From an uncultured Flavobacteriaceae bacterium (GTDB lineage Bacteria; Bacteroidota; Bacteroidia; Flavobacteriales; Flavobacteriaceae): a DNA stretch of 64,000 nt. Where the stretch lies: contig CAYGUF010000007.1 of NCBI GenBank assembly GCA_964353125.1, forward strand, positions 28,671 to 92,670, read 5' to 3'. A program made the position numbers and the translations under genes. The notes under the pieces are model-generated. The model was not told the origin of the DNA, made no database searches, and saw only the letters and a program-made list of their open reading frames with translations. Shown piece after piece: positions 28,901-38,493 of this stretch (its first letter is position 1; every line of letters starts with the position of its first letter).

Positions 28901-30343
28901 ATGAAAAAATCAATCCTCATAGCATTAATACTTTTAGGAGCTATAATGCAAGCGCAAACTAAAAAATGGACGCTCAAAGAATGTGTAATCTATGCTTTAG
29001 AAAATAATATTTCTATAAAGCAAAGCGAGCTTAATTTAGAGCTCGCAGATATTGATAAGCTTACCGCTCAAGGCGCTTTTTTACCAAGTTTAAATGTAGG
29101 TGGTAATGTGTCTGAAAACACAGGGCTTAGTTTTAATCCGGTAACTAATGATGCGCAAACTACCACATTTTTATCTGCTTCCGGTAATATAAATGTTGGC
29201 TACACCGTATTTAATGGTCTAAGAAATATAAGGACCTTACAGCGTGCAGAACTTTCTAAATTAGCTAATCAGTATAGTTTAGATAAAATGAAGGATGATA
29301 TTTCTTTATTTGTGGCAAATGGGTTTTTACAAGTCATTTTAAATAAAGCAAATCTTGAAGTGCTTAATTCTCAAAACGCTGTAACTAATGAACAAATTAA
29401 TAGAACCAACGAGTTAGTGGATGCTGGCGTATTACCAAGAGGAGATTTACTAGAAATACAAGCAACAAATGCTAGCGAAAAGCAAGCTATTATAAATGCA
29501 GAAAATGCAGTTCAGATTTCATTAATTAACCTTGCACAATTATTATTAATTAAAGATTATCAAAATTTTGACATTATAGATGAAGGTTATGATGTTATCG
29601 ATGGCGGAATTGCAGATAAATCTATTGCGGATATTTTGAAAAGTGCAAAAGAAGCGCGTTCAGAAATTAAAATAGCTGAACAAAATGTAGCCCTAGCAAA
29701 CAAAGATTTACAAATTGCAAAAGGTGCTAATTACCCTACAATTTCAGCCTTTTTTGGATACAACACAAGATATACAAACGCTCCATCATTTACACAAAGT
29801 ATAGATCCAGATAATCCAACTTTTACACAACAAATTGGGGTTGTAGATGTTACTGGCCAAGCTGTAATTGGAGAATTTGCAAATACAATAACTAACCAGG
29901 TTGGTGCAGATCCTTTAATAGATCAATTATATCTTAACGATGGTATTGCATATGGTTTATCTTTAAACATTCCAATATTTAACGGTTTTACAACTAAAGC
30001 GAATGTAAAGCGTAATAAAGTGAATTTAGAGCGTACTAAATTTCAATTAGAACAAGCAGAGTTAGATTTAGAATCTACAATATATCAAGCTTATGTAGAT
30101 GCAAACGGATCTTTAAAATCCTATGAAGCTGCAAAATTAGCTTTAGAGTCACAACAATTAGCATACGATTATGCTAAAGAACGTTATAGCGTAGGTTTAA
30201 CAAATGCTTTCGATTTTAGTCAATCTAAACTAAGATATGACAATTCTAAAATAGAGGTTAATCGTGCTAAATACGATTATATTTTTAAGTTAAAGGTTTT
30301 GGAATTATATTTCGGTATTCCAGCAACTGAGTTAAAATTTTAA
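28901..30343 (+). CDS. TolC-family outer membrane efflux protein
   Basis: Signal peptide ending AQ, WTLKECVIYALENNISIK, LNIPIFNG, ERYSVGLTNAFDF, KYDYIFKLKVLELY. Confidence 0.92.
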   Translation: MKKSILIALILLGAIMQAQTKKWTLKECVIYALENNISIKQSELNLELADIDKLTAQGAFLPSLNVGGNVSENTGLSFNPVTNDAQTTTFLSASGNINVGYTVFNGLRNIRTLQRAELSKLANQYSLDKMKDDISLFVANGFLQVILNKANLEVLNSQNAVTNEQINRTNELVDAGVLPRGDLLEIQATNASEKQAIINAENAVQISLINLAQLLLIKDYQNFDIIDEGYDVIDGGIADKSIADILKSAKEARSEIKIAEQNVALANKDLQIAKGANYPTISAFFGYNTRYTNAPSFTQSIDPDNPTFTQQIGVVDVTGQAVIGEFANTITNQVGADPLIDQLYLNDGIAYGLSLNIPIFNGFTTKANVKRNKVNLERTKFQLEQAELDLESTIYQAYVDANGSLKSYEAAKLALESQQLAYDYAKERYSVGLTNAFDFSQSKLRYDNSKIEVNRAKYDYIFKLKVLELYFGIPATELKF

Positions 30344-30345
30344 TT

Positions 30346-31647
30346 ATGAACAAAACAGTAAAAATTATTATAGGTCTTTTTATACTTGGGTTAATCCTAT
30401 TAGTAGTAGGGTCTAAAATGGGATGGTTTGGTAAAAAAGGCAATTTTAAAGAAGTTACTATAGAAGCAGTATCTCTAAGAGATATTGTTGAAAAAGTATC
30501 TGCAACAGGAAAAATTCAACCAGAAGTAGAAGTGAAAATATCTTCAGAAGTTTCTGGAGAAATTTTAGAATTACCGTTTAAAGAAGGCCAAGAAGTAAAA
30601 AAAGGCGACTTGTTAGTAAGAGTGAATCCAGATTTAGTGCAATCTGCATTAAACAGATCTCAAGCAACCTACTCTAATGCACAAGCGGGTTTACAACAAG
30701 CTGAAGCAAATTTAAAACAAGCCAAAGCAGATTACAACCGAAGCAAAACACTTTTTGATAAAGGTGTAATTTCTAAAGCCGATTGGGACCGTGCCGTTGC
30801 AACTTTTGAGTCTGCAGAAGCCTCAAAAAACTCTGCATATTATAGTGTTAAAAGTGCTGGTGCTACTGTTAATGAAGCTAGAGATAATTTAAATAGAACT
30901 ACAATATATGCTCCAATGAGCGGAACTATTTCAAAGTTAAACGTGGAGTTGGGTGAGCGTGTTGTTGGTACACAACAAATGGCAGGTACAGAAATTTTGC
31001 GTGTAGCCAACCTCAATAATATGGAGGTAGAAGTAGATGTTAATGAAAACGATATTGTAAAAGTAAATATTGGGGATGCTACAATTGTAGAAGTAGATGC
31101 TTATTTAAAGAAAGAGTTTAAGGGTATAGTTACCGAGATAGCAAATTCAGCAGCAGGAAACCTTGCAGCAGATCAAGTCACTAATTTTAAAGTTAAAGTT
31201 AGGATTTTAGAAGACTCTTATGCAGATTTAACTAAAGGCAAGCCAACTACATATTCGCCATTTAGACCCGGCATGACTGCAACTGTTGACGTAATTACTA
31301 AAACTAGAAAAGATGCCATTTCAGTACCTATTAGTGCCATAGTAATTAAAACGGATACTAGTGCTACAAAAAAATCGTATACTGAAAGAAAAACAGAAGA
31401 GGCCAACACAAAAGATGAAGAAAAGTTTGAATGTGTTTTTGTTAATGATAAAGGTAAAGCTAAGCTAAGAGTTGTAAAAACAGGTATTCAAGACGATTCT
31501 AATATTGAAATTTTAGAAGGACTTACCAAAGACGATAAAATTATTACCGGACCTTACAACATGGTTTCTAAAACACTGAAACCTGGAGATGCCATTGAAG
31601 AAAAAGGCGATAAGCCTAAAAATTCTGAAACTAAAGCGGAAGAATAA
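30346..31647 (+). CDS. Efflux periplasmic adaptor (MacA/HlyD family), second
   Basis: VSATGKIQPEVEVKISSEVSGEI, TTIYAPMSGTIS, VDVNENDI, FRPGMTA. Confidence 0.9.
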   Translation: MNKTVKIIIGLFILGLILLVVGSKMGWFGKKGNFKEVTIEAVSLRDIVEKVSATGKIQPEVEVKISSEVSGEILELPFKEGQEVKKGDLLVRVNPDLVQSALNRSQATYSNAQAGLQQAEANLKQAKADYNRSKTLFDKGVISKADWDRAVATFESAEASKNSAYYSVKSAGATVNEARDNLNRTTIYAPMSGTISKLNVELGERVVGTQQMAGTEILRVANLNNMEVEVDVNENDIVKVNIGDATIVEVDAYLKKEFKGIVTEIANSAAGNLAADQVTNFKVKVRILEDSYADLTKGKPTTYSPFRPGMTATVDVITKTRKDAISVPISAIVIKTDTSATKKSYTERKTEEANTKDEEKFECVFVNDKGKAKLRVVKTGIQDDSNIEILEGLTKDDKIITGPYNMVSKTLKPGDAIEEKGDKPKNSETKAEE

Positions 31648-31660
31648 CGTTACGTTACTT

Positions 31661-32332
31661 ATGGCATTAATTCTAAATATAGAAACTGCTACCACAAATT
31701 GCTCAGTCTCTCTGTCTAAAGATGGAGAGACTTTGGTTTTAAAGGAAGACAATAGCCTTAGTTATTCTCATGCAGAAACTTTACACGTTTTTATTGATGA
31801 GGTGTTTAAAATTGCAAAGTTAAAACCTTCAGATATTGATGCTGTAGCCGTAAGTAAAGGCCCTGGGTCTTATACAGGTCTTCGTATTGGTGTATCTTCT
31901 GCAAAAGGTTTATGTTTTGCTTTAGATAAACCACTAATTGCTATAGATACTTTAGAGAGTTTAGCACACCAAGTAACTATAAAAGATGGTTTTATTGTAC
32001 CCATGTTAGATGCCAGACGTATGGAAGTATATTCAGCCGTTTTTAATGTTAAATTAGAATTGCAAAGCAATATAAAAGCAGAAATTTTAACAGAAGATAG
32101 TTATAAACCTTTATTAGAAACCGCTAAAGTTTATTTTATTGGTAGTGGAGTTGAAAAAACCAAAACTTTAATTCAGCATCCTAATGCAATATTTATTGAT
32201 GAAAAATTACCGTCTGCAAATGAAATGGGTTTATTAGCAGAAATGGCCTATAAAAAAAACGACACCAAAGATGTCGCTTATTTTGAACCTTATTATTTAA
32301 AGGATTTTGTAGCTTTTAAAAAGAAGAATTAG
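31661..32332 (+). CDS. tsaB: tRNA threonylcarbamoyladenosine biosynthesis protein TsaB (ATG 31661 preferred over 31589)
   Basis: ILNIETAT..CSV, SHAE.L, AVSKGPGSYTGLRIG, MLDARRMEVY, YFEPYYLKDF. Confidence 0.95.
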   Translation: MALILNIETATTNCSVSLSKDGETLVLKEDNSLSYSHAETLHVFIDEVFKIAKLKPSDIDAVAVSKGPGSYTGLRIGVSSAKGLCFALDKPLIAIDTLESLAHQVTIKDGFIVPMLDARRMEVYSAVFNVKLELQSNIKAEILTEDSYKPLLETAKVYFIGSGVEKTKTLIQHPNAIFIDEKLPSANEMGLLAEMAYKKNDTKDVAYFEPYYLKDFVAFKKKN

Positions 32333-33141
32333 ATATCTTTTTGGATTTCAACAGCATGTGGATAAGGAATTTCAATTCCAGCAGCATCTAGTGCTACTTT
32401 AACGTTTTCATGTGTGTCAAAATAGACATCCCAGTAATCTGCAACTGTACACCAAGGTCGTACTGCAAAATTTACAGAACTGTCGGCAAGTTCAGAAACA
32501 TTTACACTTGGCGTAGGTTCTTTTAAAACTTTAGGATGATCTGTTAAAACTTTCAGTAATACTTCTTTTGTTGTTTTAATGTCAGAATCGTATCCAACAC
32601 CAAAAGTTAAGTCTACACGTAATTTACCCTCGGCACTATAATTAGTAATATTACCGTTAGATAATGTGCCATTGGGTATAATTACTAACTTGCTGTCTGG
32701 GGTTACAATTTTAGTAGTAAAGATTTCAATTTCTTTAACAACTCCAACTTCACCTTGAGCCTCAATTAAATCCCCAATTTTAAATGGTTTAAAGATCATA
32801 ATGAGTACACCACCAGCAAAATTTGCCAATGAACCCTGTAAAGCCATACCAATAGCTAAGCCAGCAGCGGCAAGTATGGCTGCAAAAGAGGTGGTTTCTA
32901 CACCAACGGTACCAAGTACAACTACAATTAAAACAATTTTAAGAATCCAACTTACTAAGTTGGATAAGAATTTTTTTAAGCTTTCATCATAATCGCCTTT
33001 GTTTAATATTTTTTTAATGCTTTTGGTGATTATTTTAATAATCCAGCTGCCAATAATCCATATTAGTATTGCAGTTATTAGTTTTGGACCATACTCTAGT
33101 AACAAGTTGTAACCTTCATCAATCCATTTTTCTGTGTTCAT
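32329..33141 (-). CDS. mscS: Small-conductance mechanosensitive channel
   Basis: AAGLAIGMALQGSLANFAGG, KPFKIGD, IPNG.LSNGNITNYS, IEIPYP. Confidence 0.93.
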   Translation of the reverse strand: MNTEKWIDEGYNLLLEYGPKLITAILIWIIGSWIIKIITKSIKKILNKGDYDESLKKFLSNLVSWILKIVLIVVVLGTVGVETTSFAAILAAAGLAIGMALQGSLANFAGGVLIMIFKPFKIGDLIEAQGEVGVVKEIEIFTTKIVTPDSKLVIIPNGTLSNGNITNYSAEGKLRVDLTFGVGYDSDIKTTKEVLLKVLTDHPKVLKEPTPSVNVSELADSSVNFAVRPWCTVADYWDVYFDTHENVKVALDAAGIEIPYPHAVEIQKDI

Positions 33142-33257
33142 TTTTAGTTTATTTTAAGTTAAAATACGTGTTAAATTTAATAATGCATTCTTAATTTTTC
33201 AAAAGATATTTTTTTATTGCTTTAATGCTTGCGAAAAAGATGTTCATCAACAAAATA

Positions 33258-34019
33258 TTATGAATTAAAGTCATTTTTATTCAAAATAGTACTATTCGCT
33301 TGCGCTGTTGGAAACACTAAAACATCTGCAATGGTAACATGTGCGGGTCTAGATATTGTAAAATAAATAATGTCTGCAATATCCTCAGGTTGTAATGCAT
33401 TATAACCTTTATATACGGTATCTGCTTTAGCATCACCTTTAAATCTTACTTGAGAAAATTCGGTTTCTACCAAACCAGGATTTATAGCAGTTACTCTAAT
33501 GCCAAACGGATTTAAATCTATCCGCATACCTTCTGTAAGCGCTAATACTGCATGTTTACTGGCGCAATACACATTTCCTTTTGGATACACTTCTTTACCT
33601 GCAGAGGAACCAATATTGATAATTTGCCCAGATTTCCGAGCTGTCATTATTGGTATTATAGCTTTACTTACATAAAGCAATCCTTTTACATTAATATCCA
33701 TCATAGCATCCCAGTCCTCAAGATTTCCAGTGTGTATTGGGTCTAATCCGTGTGCATTTCCGGCATTATTTATAAGAATATCAATGTTTTTAAATGCTTC
33801 TGGTAGTGAGGCAATAGCAGTGTTAGTTTTTTTAGAATCGCGGACATCAAAATTTAAAGTGTAAACACTAGTGTGTTTAGAAAGTTCTTTTTCAATAGCA
33901 TCTAAACGTTCTTGTCGGCGTCCACATAAAATTAATTTAATACCATGTTTTGCCAATTCATAAGCAGTGGCTTTACCTATACCACTTGTTGCGCCTGTAA
34001 TTAAAGCTGTTTTTTCCAT
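33258..34019 (-). CDS. Short-chain dehydrogenase/reductase (YdfG-like)
   Basis: TGATSGIG, NNAG, YCASK, PGLVETEFS. Confidence 0.9.
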   Translation of the reverse strand: MEKTALITGATSGIGKATAYELAKHGIKLILCGRRQERLDAIEKELSKHTSVYTLNFDVRDSKKTNTAIASLPEAFKNIDILINNAGNAHGLDPIHTGNLEDWDAMMDINVKGLLYVSKAIIPIMTARKSGQIINIGSSAGKEVYPKGNVYCASKHAVLALTEGMRIDLNPFGIRVTAINPGLVETEFSQVRFKGDAKADTVYKGYNALQPEDIADIIYFTISRPAHVTIADVLVFPTAQANSTILNKNDFNS

Positions 34020-34110
34020 ATAATAAATTGTGGTTTTTAAAATCTGCTATTAAACTTGAGCTTTTTTTTAGGTTGAAAAAATGAAAATAAATAAGGATAT
34101 TAAAGAGTTG

Positions 34111-34974
34111 TTAAGGTACTTTATGACCTTGACTTGCCACTAAAATTAAGAACCAGTCTTCTAATTCTAAATCTATTTTTGAAGCTAGCATTGCGTTTTT
34201 GAGTCTAAGTATATCTGTTGTACCTACAACTGGCACAATACCTGCGGGATGTTTTAATATCCATGCTAGTAACAATTGATCTTTACTTGCATTGTATTTG
34301 TCTGTTAACGTTTCAAGTTGTTTGTGTATGCGTTGTGTTTGCTCGGTTTTGCTTTTAAAAACCGTACCTAACGGTGACCATGCCATTGGTTTAATAGCAT
34401 TATTAAGCATATAATCTAAAGTGCCATTATGCATTGCTGTATGCTCGGTAACTGAAAATTCAATTTGATTAACATCAATTGGTATGTGCTTTTTAATAAG
34501 TTCCATCTGCGAAATGGTAAAGTTAGACACCCCAAAGTGTTTAATTTTACCGTGTTCTTTTAGTGTTGTAATTGCCTCAGCAATGTCTTGAGGTTGCATT
34601 AACGGACTTGGTCTGTGAAGTAAATAAGTATCTAAATAGTCTGTGTTTAAGTTTTTTAAAGACTGTTCTGCAGACCATATGATGTATTTTTTACTGTAAT
34701 TGTAATGTTTTACAGTATTGTTTCTTGCATCACAAACATATTGAATACCACATTTTGAAATAAGCTGAATAGCATCTCGTGAAATATTAGAGCTTTTAAA
34801 AGCAGCACCAAACCGCGATTCAGTAGAATACGCACCGTAAATATCTGCATGATCAAAAGTGGTAATGCCATTATTAACACAATGTTCCATTAAAAGCGTC
34901 ATCTCTTTTGTAGAAAATTCTTTGCCCCATTTGCCCCAAGACATCACACCCGCAATTATTTTAGATGTATTCAT
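34111..34974 (-). CDS. Aldo/keto reductase (YdhF-like)
   Basis: FDHADIYG, ISKCGI, LLHRPSPL, GVSNFT, AWSPLG. Confidence 0.9.
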   Translation of the reverse strand: MNTSKIIAGVMSWGKWGKEFSTKEMTLLMEHCVNNGITTFDHADIYGAYSTESRFGAAFKSSNISRDAIQLISKCGIQYVCDARNNTVKHYNYSKKYIIWSAEQSLKNLNTDYLDTYLLHRPSPLMQPQDIAEAITTLKEHGKIKHFGVSNFTISQMELIKKHIPIDVNQIEFSVTEHTAMHNGTLDYMLNNAIKPMAWSPLGTVFKSKTEQTQRIHKQLETLTDKYNASKDQLLLAWILKHPAGIVPVVGTTDILRLKNAMLASKIDLELEDWFLILVASQGHKVP

Positions 34975-35020
34975 ATTTTGAATTATAATATTGGTTATTA
35001 GACTAATTTATAACGCATAA

Positions 35021-35464
35021 TTAACAAGACATGTCCGCTACAATTTTCCAGTTTCCATTAATTTTTTTAAAGATAACAATGAAAACACCACTAGCATCAC
35101 CAATTTTTCGCTTTAAATGATATTCTCCCATAACCCAATAGTTAGCGCCTTCGATTTTAGAAATATCTTTGATTACAAATTTTAGCGTACCACTTTCTGC
35201 CTTTGTAGGATAGCTTTTTTTGTAGTTAGCTAATGTGTTTTCCCAACCCAGAGTTAAACCATTGCTACCATAAAACTTTAGGTTATTATTTTTCCAGTAG
35301 CCTTCCATAAAATCGTCAAGGTTGTGGTTATTCCATGCTAGCTCTTGATTGTGTAATACTTTTTCTATGGCAGCTTTATCAGCTTCAAATGTAGTTTGTT
35401 CTAATTTTACATGCGAGTTACAATTCAATACTAAAAATAGAAAGATGTATACATAGTTTTTCAT
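35021..35464 (-). CDS. NTF2/SnoaL-like (DUF4440/YybH) exported protein
   Basis: QELAWN...DFMEGYW, GWENTLANYKKSYP, SGVFIVIFKKINGNWKIVADMS. Confidence 0.8.
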   Translation of the reverse strand: MKNYVYIFLFLVLNCNSHVKLEQTTFEADKAAIEKVLHNQELAWNNHNLDDFMEGYWKNNNLKFYGSNGLTLGWENTLANYKKSYPTKAESGTLKFVIKDISKIEGANYWVMGEYHLKRKIGDASGVFIVIFKKINGNWKIVADMSC

Positions 35465-35475
35465 AATTACTATAA

Positions 35476-36867
35476 TTATTTTTTAAAAAGTTCAGTAAAA
35501 TACTTGTAAAACCAAGGAATTGTTTCAATACCTTTTAGGTAATTCCAGACCCCAAAATGTTCATTTGGCGAGTGTATGGCATCACTATCTAATCCAAATC
35601 CCATAAGTATGGTTTTACTTTTTAATTCCTGTTCAAAAAGTGCTACTATTGGAATGCTTCCGCCGCTGCGTTGCGGTATTGGCGTTGTTCCAAAGGTTTG
35701 TTCATAAGCTTTTGAAGCAGCTTTATAGCCAATACTATCTATTGGTGTTACATAACCTTGCCCACCATGATGTGGTGTTACTTTTACTTTGACGCCAGCA
35801 GGTGCAATAGCTTCAAAATGGGATTTGAATAATTCCGTAATGTCTTCCCAATTTTGGTTTGGCACTAAACGCATTGACATTTTTGCATACGCTTTACTGG
35901 CAATTACAGTTTTTGCGCCTTCACCAGTGTAACCTCCCCAAATCCCATTAACATCTAGAGTTGGTCTTATTGAGTTGCGTTCGTTAGTGGTGTAATTTTT
36001 TTCACCATAAACCGCTTCAATATCTAAGGCTTTTTTATAGTTTTCTAATGAAAAAGGGGCTTTTGCCATTTGTGCGCGTTCAGCTTCAGATAAGTTTTCA
36101 ACTTTATCATAAAATCCAGGAATAGTGATGTGATTGTTTTCATCATGAAGGGATGCAACCATTTTAGCAAGTATATTTATAGGATTTGCAACAGCGCCTC
36201 CGTATAAACCGGAGTGCAAATCACGGTTGGGTCCGGTAACTTCAACTTCAACATAGCTAAGTCCGCGCAGGCCTGTTGTAATAGAGGGCACATTGTTAGC
36301 AATCATGCCTGTGTCTGAAATAAGAATTACGTCGTTTTTTAATTTTAGTTGGTTTACTTTCACAAACTCAGAAAGGTTAACACTACCAACTTCTTCTTCG
36401 CCCTCAATCATAAATTTCACGTTACAAGGCAATGTGTTTTGAGTGGTCATAAACTCTAAGGCCTTAACGTGCATGTACATTTGCCCTTTGTCATCACATG
36501 CGCCGCGGGCAAAAATAGCGCCCTCGGGATGTAATTTTGTATTTTTAATAACAGGTTCAAAAGGAGGTGAATCCCAAAGATTTAAAGGGTCTGGTGGTTG
36601 TACATCGTAATGGCCATAAACTAAAATGGTTGGTAATTTTTCATCTATGATTTTTTCGCCATAAACGATAGGATAACCTTTGGTCTCACAAATTTCTACA
36701 TCGTCACAACCTGCGTTTTCTAAACTTGTTTTAATAACATCTGCGGTTTTTAAAACGGCATCTTTGTAGGTAGAATCTGCGCTTACAGATGGTATTTTTA
36801 AAAGTGCTATGAGTTCGTTTAGAAATCGTTCTTTATGTTTAGCAATATAATCTGTTATGTTTTGCAT
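35476..36867 (-). CDS. M20-family dipeptidase (ATG 36867 preferred)
   Basis: YGHYDVQP, ARGACDDKGQ, EGEEEVGS, DLHSG, GGSIPI, HSPNE. Confidence 0.92.
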   Translation of the reverse strand: MQNITDYIAKHKERFLNELIALLKIPSVSADSTYKDAVLKTADVIKTSLENAGCDDVEICETKGYPIVYGEKIIDEKLPTILVYGHYDVQPPDPLNLWDSPPFEPVIKNTKLHPEGAIFARGACDDKGQMYMHVKALEFMTTQNTLPCNVKFMIEGEEEVGSVNLSEFVKVNQLKLKNDVILISDTGMIANNVPSITTGLRGLSYVEVEVTGPNRDLHSGLYGGAVANPINILAKMVASLHDENNHITIPGFYDKVENLSEAERAQMAKAPFSLENYKKALDIEAVYGEKNYTTNERNSIRPTLDVNGIWGGYTGEGAKTVIASKAYAKMSMRLVPNQNWEDITELFKSHFEAIAPAGVKVKVTPHHGGQGYVTPIDSIGYKAASKAYEQTFGTTPIPQRSGGSIPIVALFEQELKSKTILMGFGLDSDAIHSPNEHFGVWNYLKGIETIPWFYKYFTELFKK

Positions 36868-36929
36868 GATTTGTGTTTTGGTAAACAAAAATAAGAAAAA
36901 CAGATCCTTTTATTTTCTTAATCTAGCAG

Positions 36930-36959
36930 TTTGAAATATGAAACTATTGTTTATATTTG
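36930..36959 (+). promoter_or_regulatory. Primary-sigma promoter for tRNA-Leu
   Basis: TTTG (36930-36933) - 18 nt - TATATTTG (36952-36959). A divergent TATTTTTG on the minus strand at 36886-36893 could serve the dipeptidase. Confidence 0.7.
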
Positions 36960-36989
36960 CAATCCAATATTTAAAATTGGAAACTACCT

Positions 36990-37071
36990 GCGGGCGTGGT
37001 GGAATTGGTAGACACGCTAGACTTAGGATCTAGTGCCGCGAGGTGTGGGAGTTCGAGTCTCCCCGCCCGCA
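36990..37071 (+). tRNA. tRNA-Leu (anticodon TAG)
   Basis: Acceptor stem GCGGGCG/CGCCCGC plus discriminator A; D-loop GGAATTGGTAGAC; anticodon arm CTAGA-CTTAGGA-TCTAG; long variable arm; GTTCGAGTC T-loop; CCA not encoded. Confidence 0.97.
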
Positions 37072-37072
37072 C

Positions 37073-37103
37073 AAAAGCTGAAGTTTAATCTTCGGCTTTT
37101 TTT
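37073..37103. terminator. Intrinsic terminator, probably bidirectional, between the tRNA and the convergent kinase gene
   Basis: AAAAGCTGAAG-tttaat-CTTCGGCTTTT, with an A run before and a T run after. Confidence 0.82.
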
Positions 37104-37145
37104 ATGCGTTAAATTTATTAAATGCTTTGGTTTAAGTGATGTGTT

Positions 37146-38285
37146 TTAGCTTTTGTAACCTTTAAACAGTGTATTTACGGTTTTTAAAGCTTCTTCTGTT
37201 TTGCTATAGGTGAGTTGGTAAAATTCTAAATTACCTAACCAATTCAGAAATTTTTCAGCATAAATTGGATTGTGTTGTAACCAAGAGTCTGGAATTAAGG
37301 TCTCTAAAATATCCTGAATATTTGCTTTGTCTAAGGCTGTTTTAGCATTAGGTTGGTAATTAACACTAATAATGGCTTTACAGGGATAATGCAGTTTTGT
37401 TTGGTTTGTAAATGGGACGTATTTAATAAACCCTTTTTGAGTGTTAAACATCACTGCTGGAAGATTTTCAAAATTAGGAATTAAGGGTTCTAAAATTTTA
37501 AACGCCCCTTTTTTTACGGATATTGCAGAAGGATTATTATAAATTTCCATGTTTTCTGCTAATAATGGAGATACATCATCTGTAACCAATTCTAAACCAT
37601 GTGCGGCTAATAATGTAGTTAGTGTGCTTTTGCCTTTGCCAGACAAACCTACAAACATAATTGCAGTATTGCCATCTGCTATTGTTGAGCCATGAAAAGT
37701 GCCAATCCAGTCGGTTTCTTTTTTATGATGTATAGCGCCAAAAATATAGGTTATAAATTTCCCTTGAAGCAAATGATAGTCCTTATTAGGCACACAGGTA
37801 ATAAGATTACTGTTTTCGTATAAAAAAAGCTTCTTGTCTTTAGTATAAACGTCGAAAGTAATATCAATTTCTTGAGAAGCCGAAGGTGCTTCTAAATGCG
37901 CTAAAGCGGGATGTACTTTATCCATAACAGGTGCTATATCATAATTTACTTTTAGGGTTGTGTTATGAATGCGGTACGTTTTTGTAATATTTTGTTTTGA
38001 AATATCTAAAGGAATTGCTTCAGGTGTTTTATAGGGTTCAAATGCATTACAGTTTTTTAGGTAATTTGTAATAGTGGTTGTGAGTTCACTGTGATTTTCT
38101 TCATCATAAACACCATCTATTTGCAGTGTTTTTTTGAATGATTCCGGTGACTCAGACTCAATAAAAACCGTTAATAATAGTTCAAATCCACAATTAACAA
38201 CACTATATGTATTTGATGTTTTAAACCATAAAATCCAGTACTCTCCAATTTGTTTTTTGTATGTTGGGGCTAAGTTGATAATCAT
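37146..38285 (-). CDS. HPr-kinase-related P-loop kinase with a PqqD/RRE-like N-terminal domain
   Basis: FHGS, GLSGKGKST (Walker A), VTDD. The N-terminal ~80 aa look like three strands plus helices (KKQIGEYWILWFKTSNTYSVVN..FELLL..TITNYL); the RRE call is an inference. Confidence 0.65.
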   Translation of the reverse strand: MIINLAPTYKKQIGEYWILWFKTSNTYSVVNCGFELLLTVFIESESPESFKKTLQIDGVYDEENHSELTTTITNYLKNCNAFEPYKTPEAIPLDISKQNITKTYRIHNTTLKVNYDIAPVMDKVHPALAHLEAPSASQEIDITFDVYTKDKKLFLYENSNLITCVPNKDYHLLQGKFITYIFGAIHHKKETDWIGTFHGSTIADGNTAIMFVGLSGKGKSTLTTLLAAHGLELVTDDVSPLLAENMEIYNNPSAISVKKGAFKILEPLIPNFENLPAVMFNTQKGFIKYVPFTNQTKLHYPCKAIISVNYQPNAKTALDKANIQDILETLIPDSWLQHNPIYAEKFLNWLGNLEFYQLTYSKTEEALKTVNTLFKGYKS

Positions 38286-38460
38286 AGTTGCTGTAAATTA
38301 TAATAAAACCGAAATTATTGTTTTTTAAATTTTATAATTTTAGACTTAAAAACGCTAGTTTTTAAAAATCAAAAGTAATAGTTTTAAAATTTAAAATAAG
38401 TTTTTAGTCTTAAAGTATTAGATTCACTAGTGCTTAATGTGGTTATAAGTTTAGTTTTTT

Positions 38461-38468
38461 TACTTTTG
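38461..38468 (+). promoter_or_regulatory. -7 element for the rfbB operon
   Basis: TACTTTTG 25 nt before the rfbB ATG; an identical octamer on the minus strand at 38370-38377 faces the kinase gene. Confidence 0.5.
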
Positions 38469-38493
38469 TTTTAGTGTATTTTAAAAGCAAATA

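Noticed and set aside
2937-36888. Longest-ORF starts at 2937, 21514, 24443, 31589 and 36888
   Set aside because: They overlap upstream genes, promoters or terminators, or add non-conserved-looking N-termini; downstream ATGs (2955, 21571, 24467, 31661, 36867) fit better.
36990-37146. tRNA-Leu as an attB site for a prophage or ICE
   Set aside because: No integrase, no phage or conjugation genes, and no second copy of the tRNA 3' end seen in the window.
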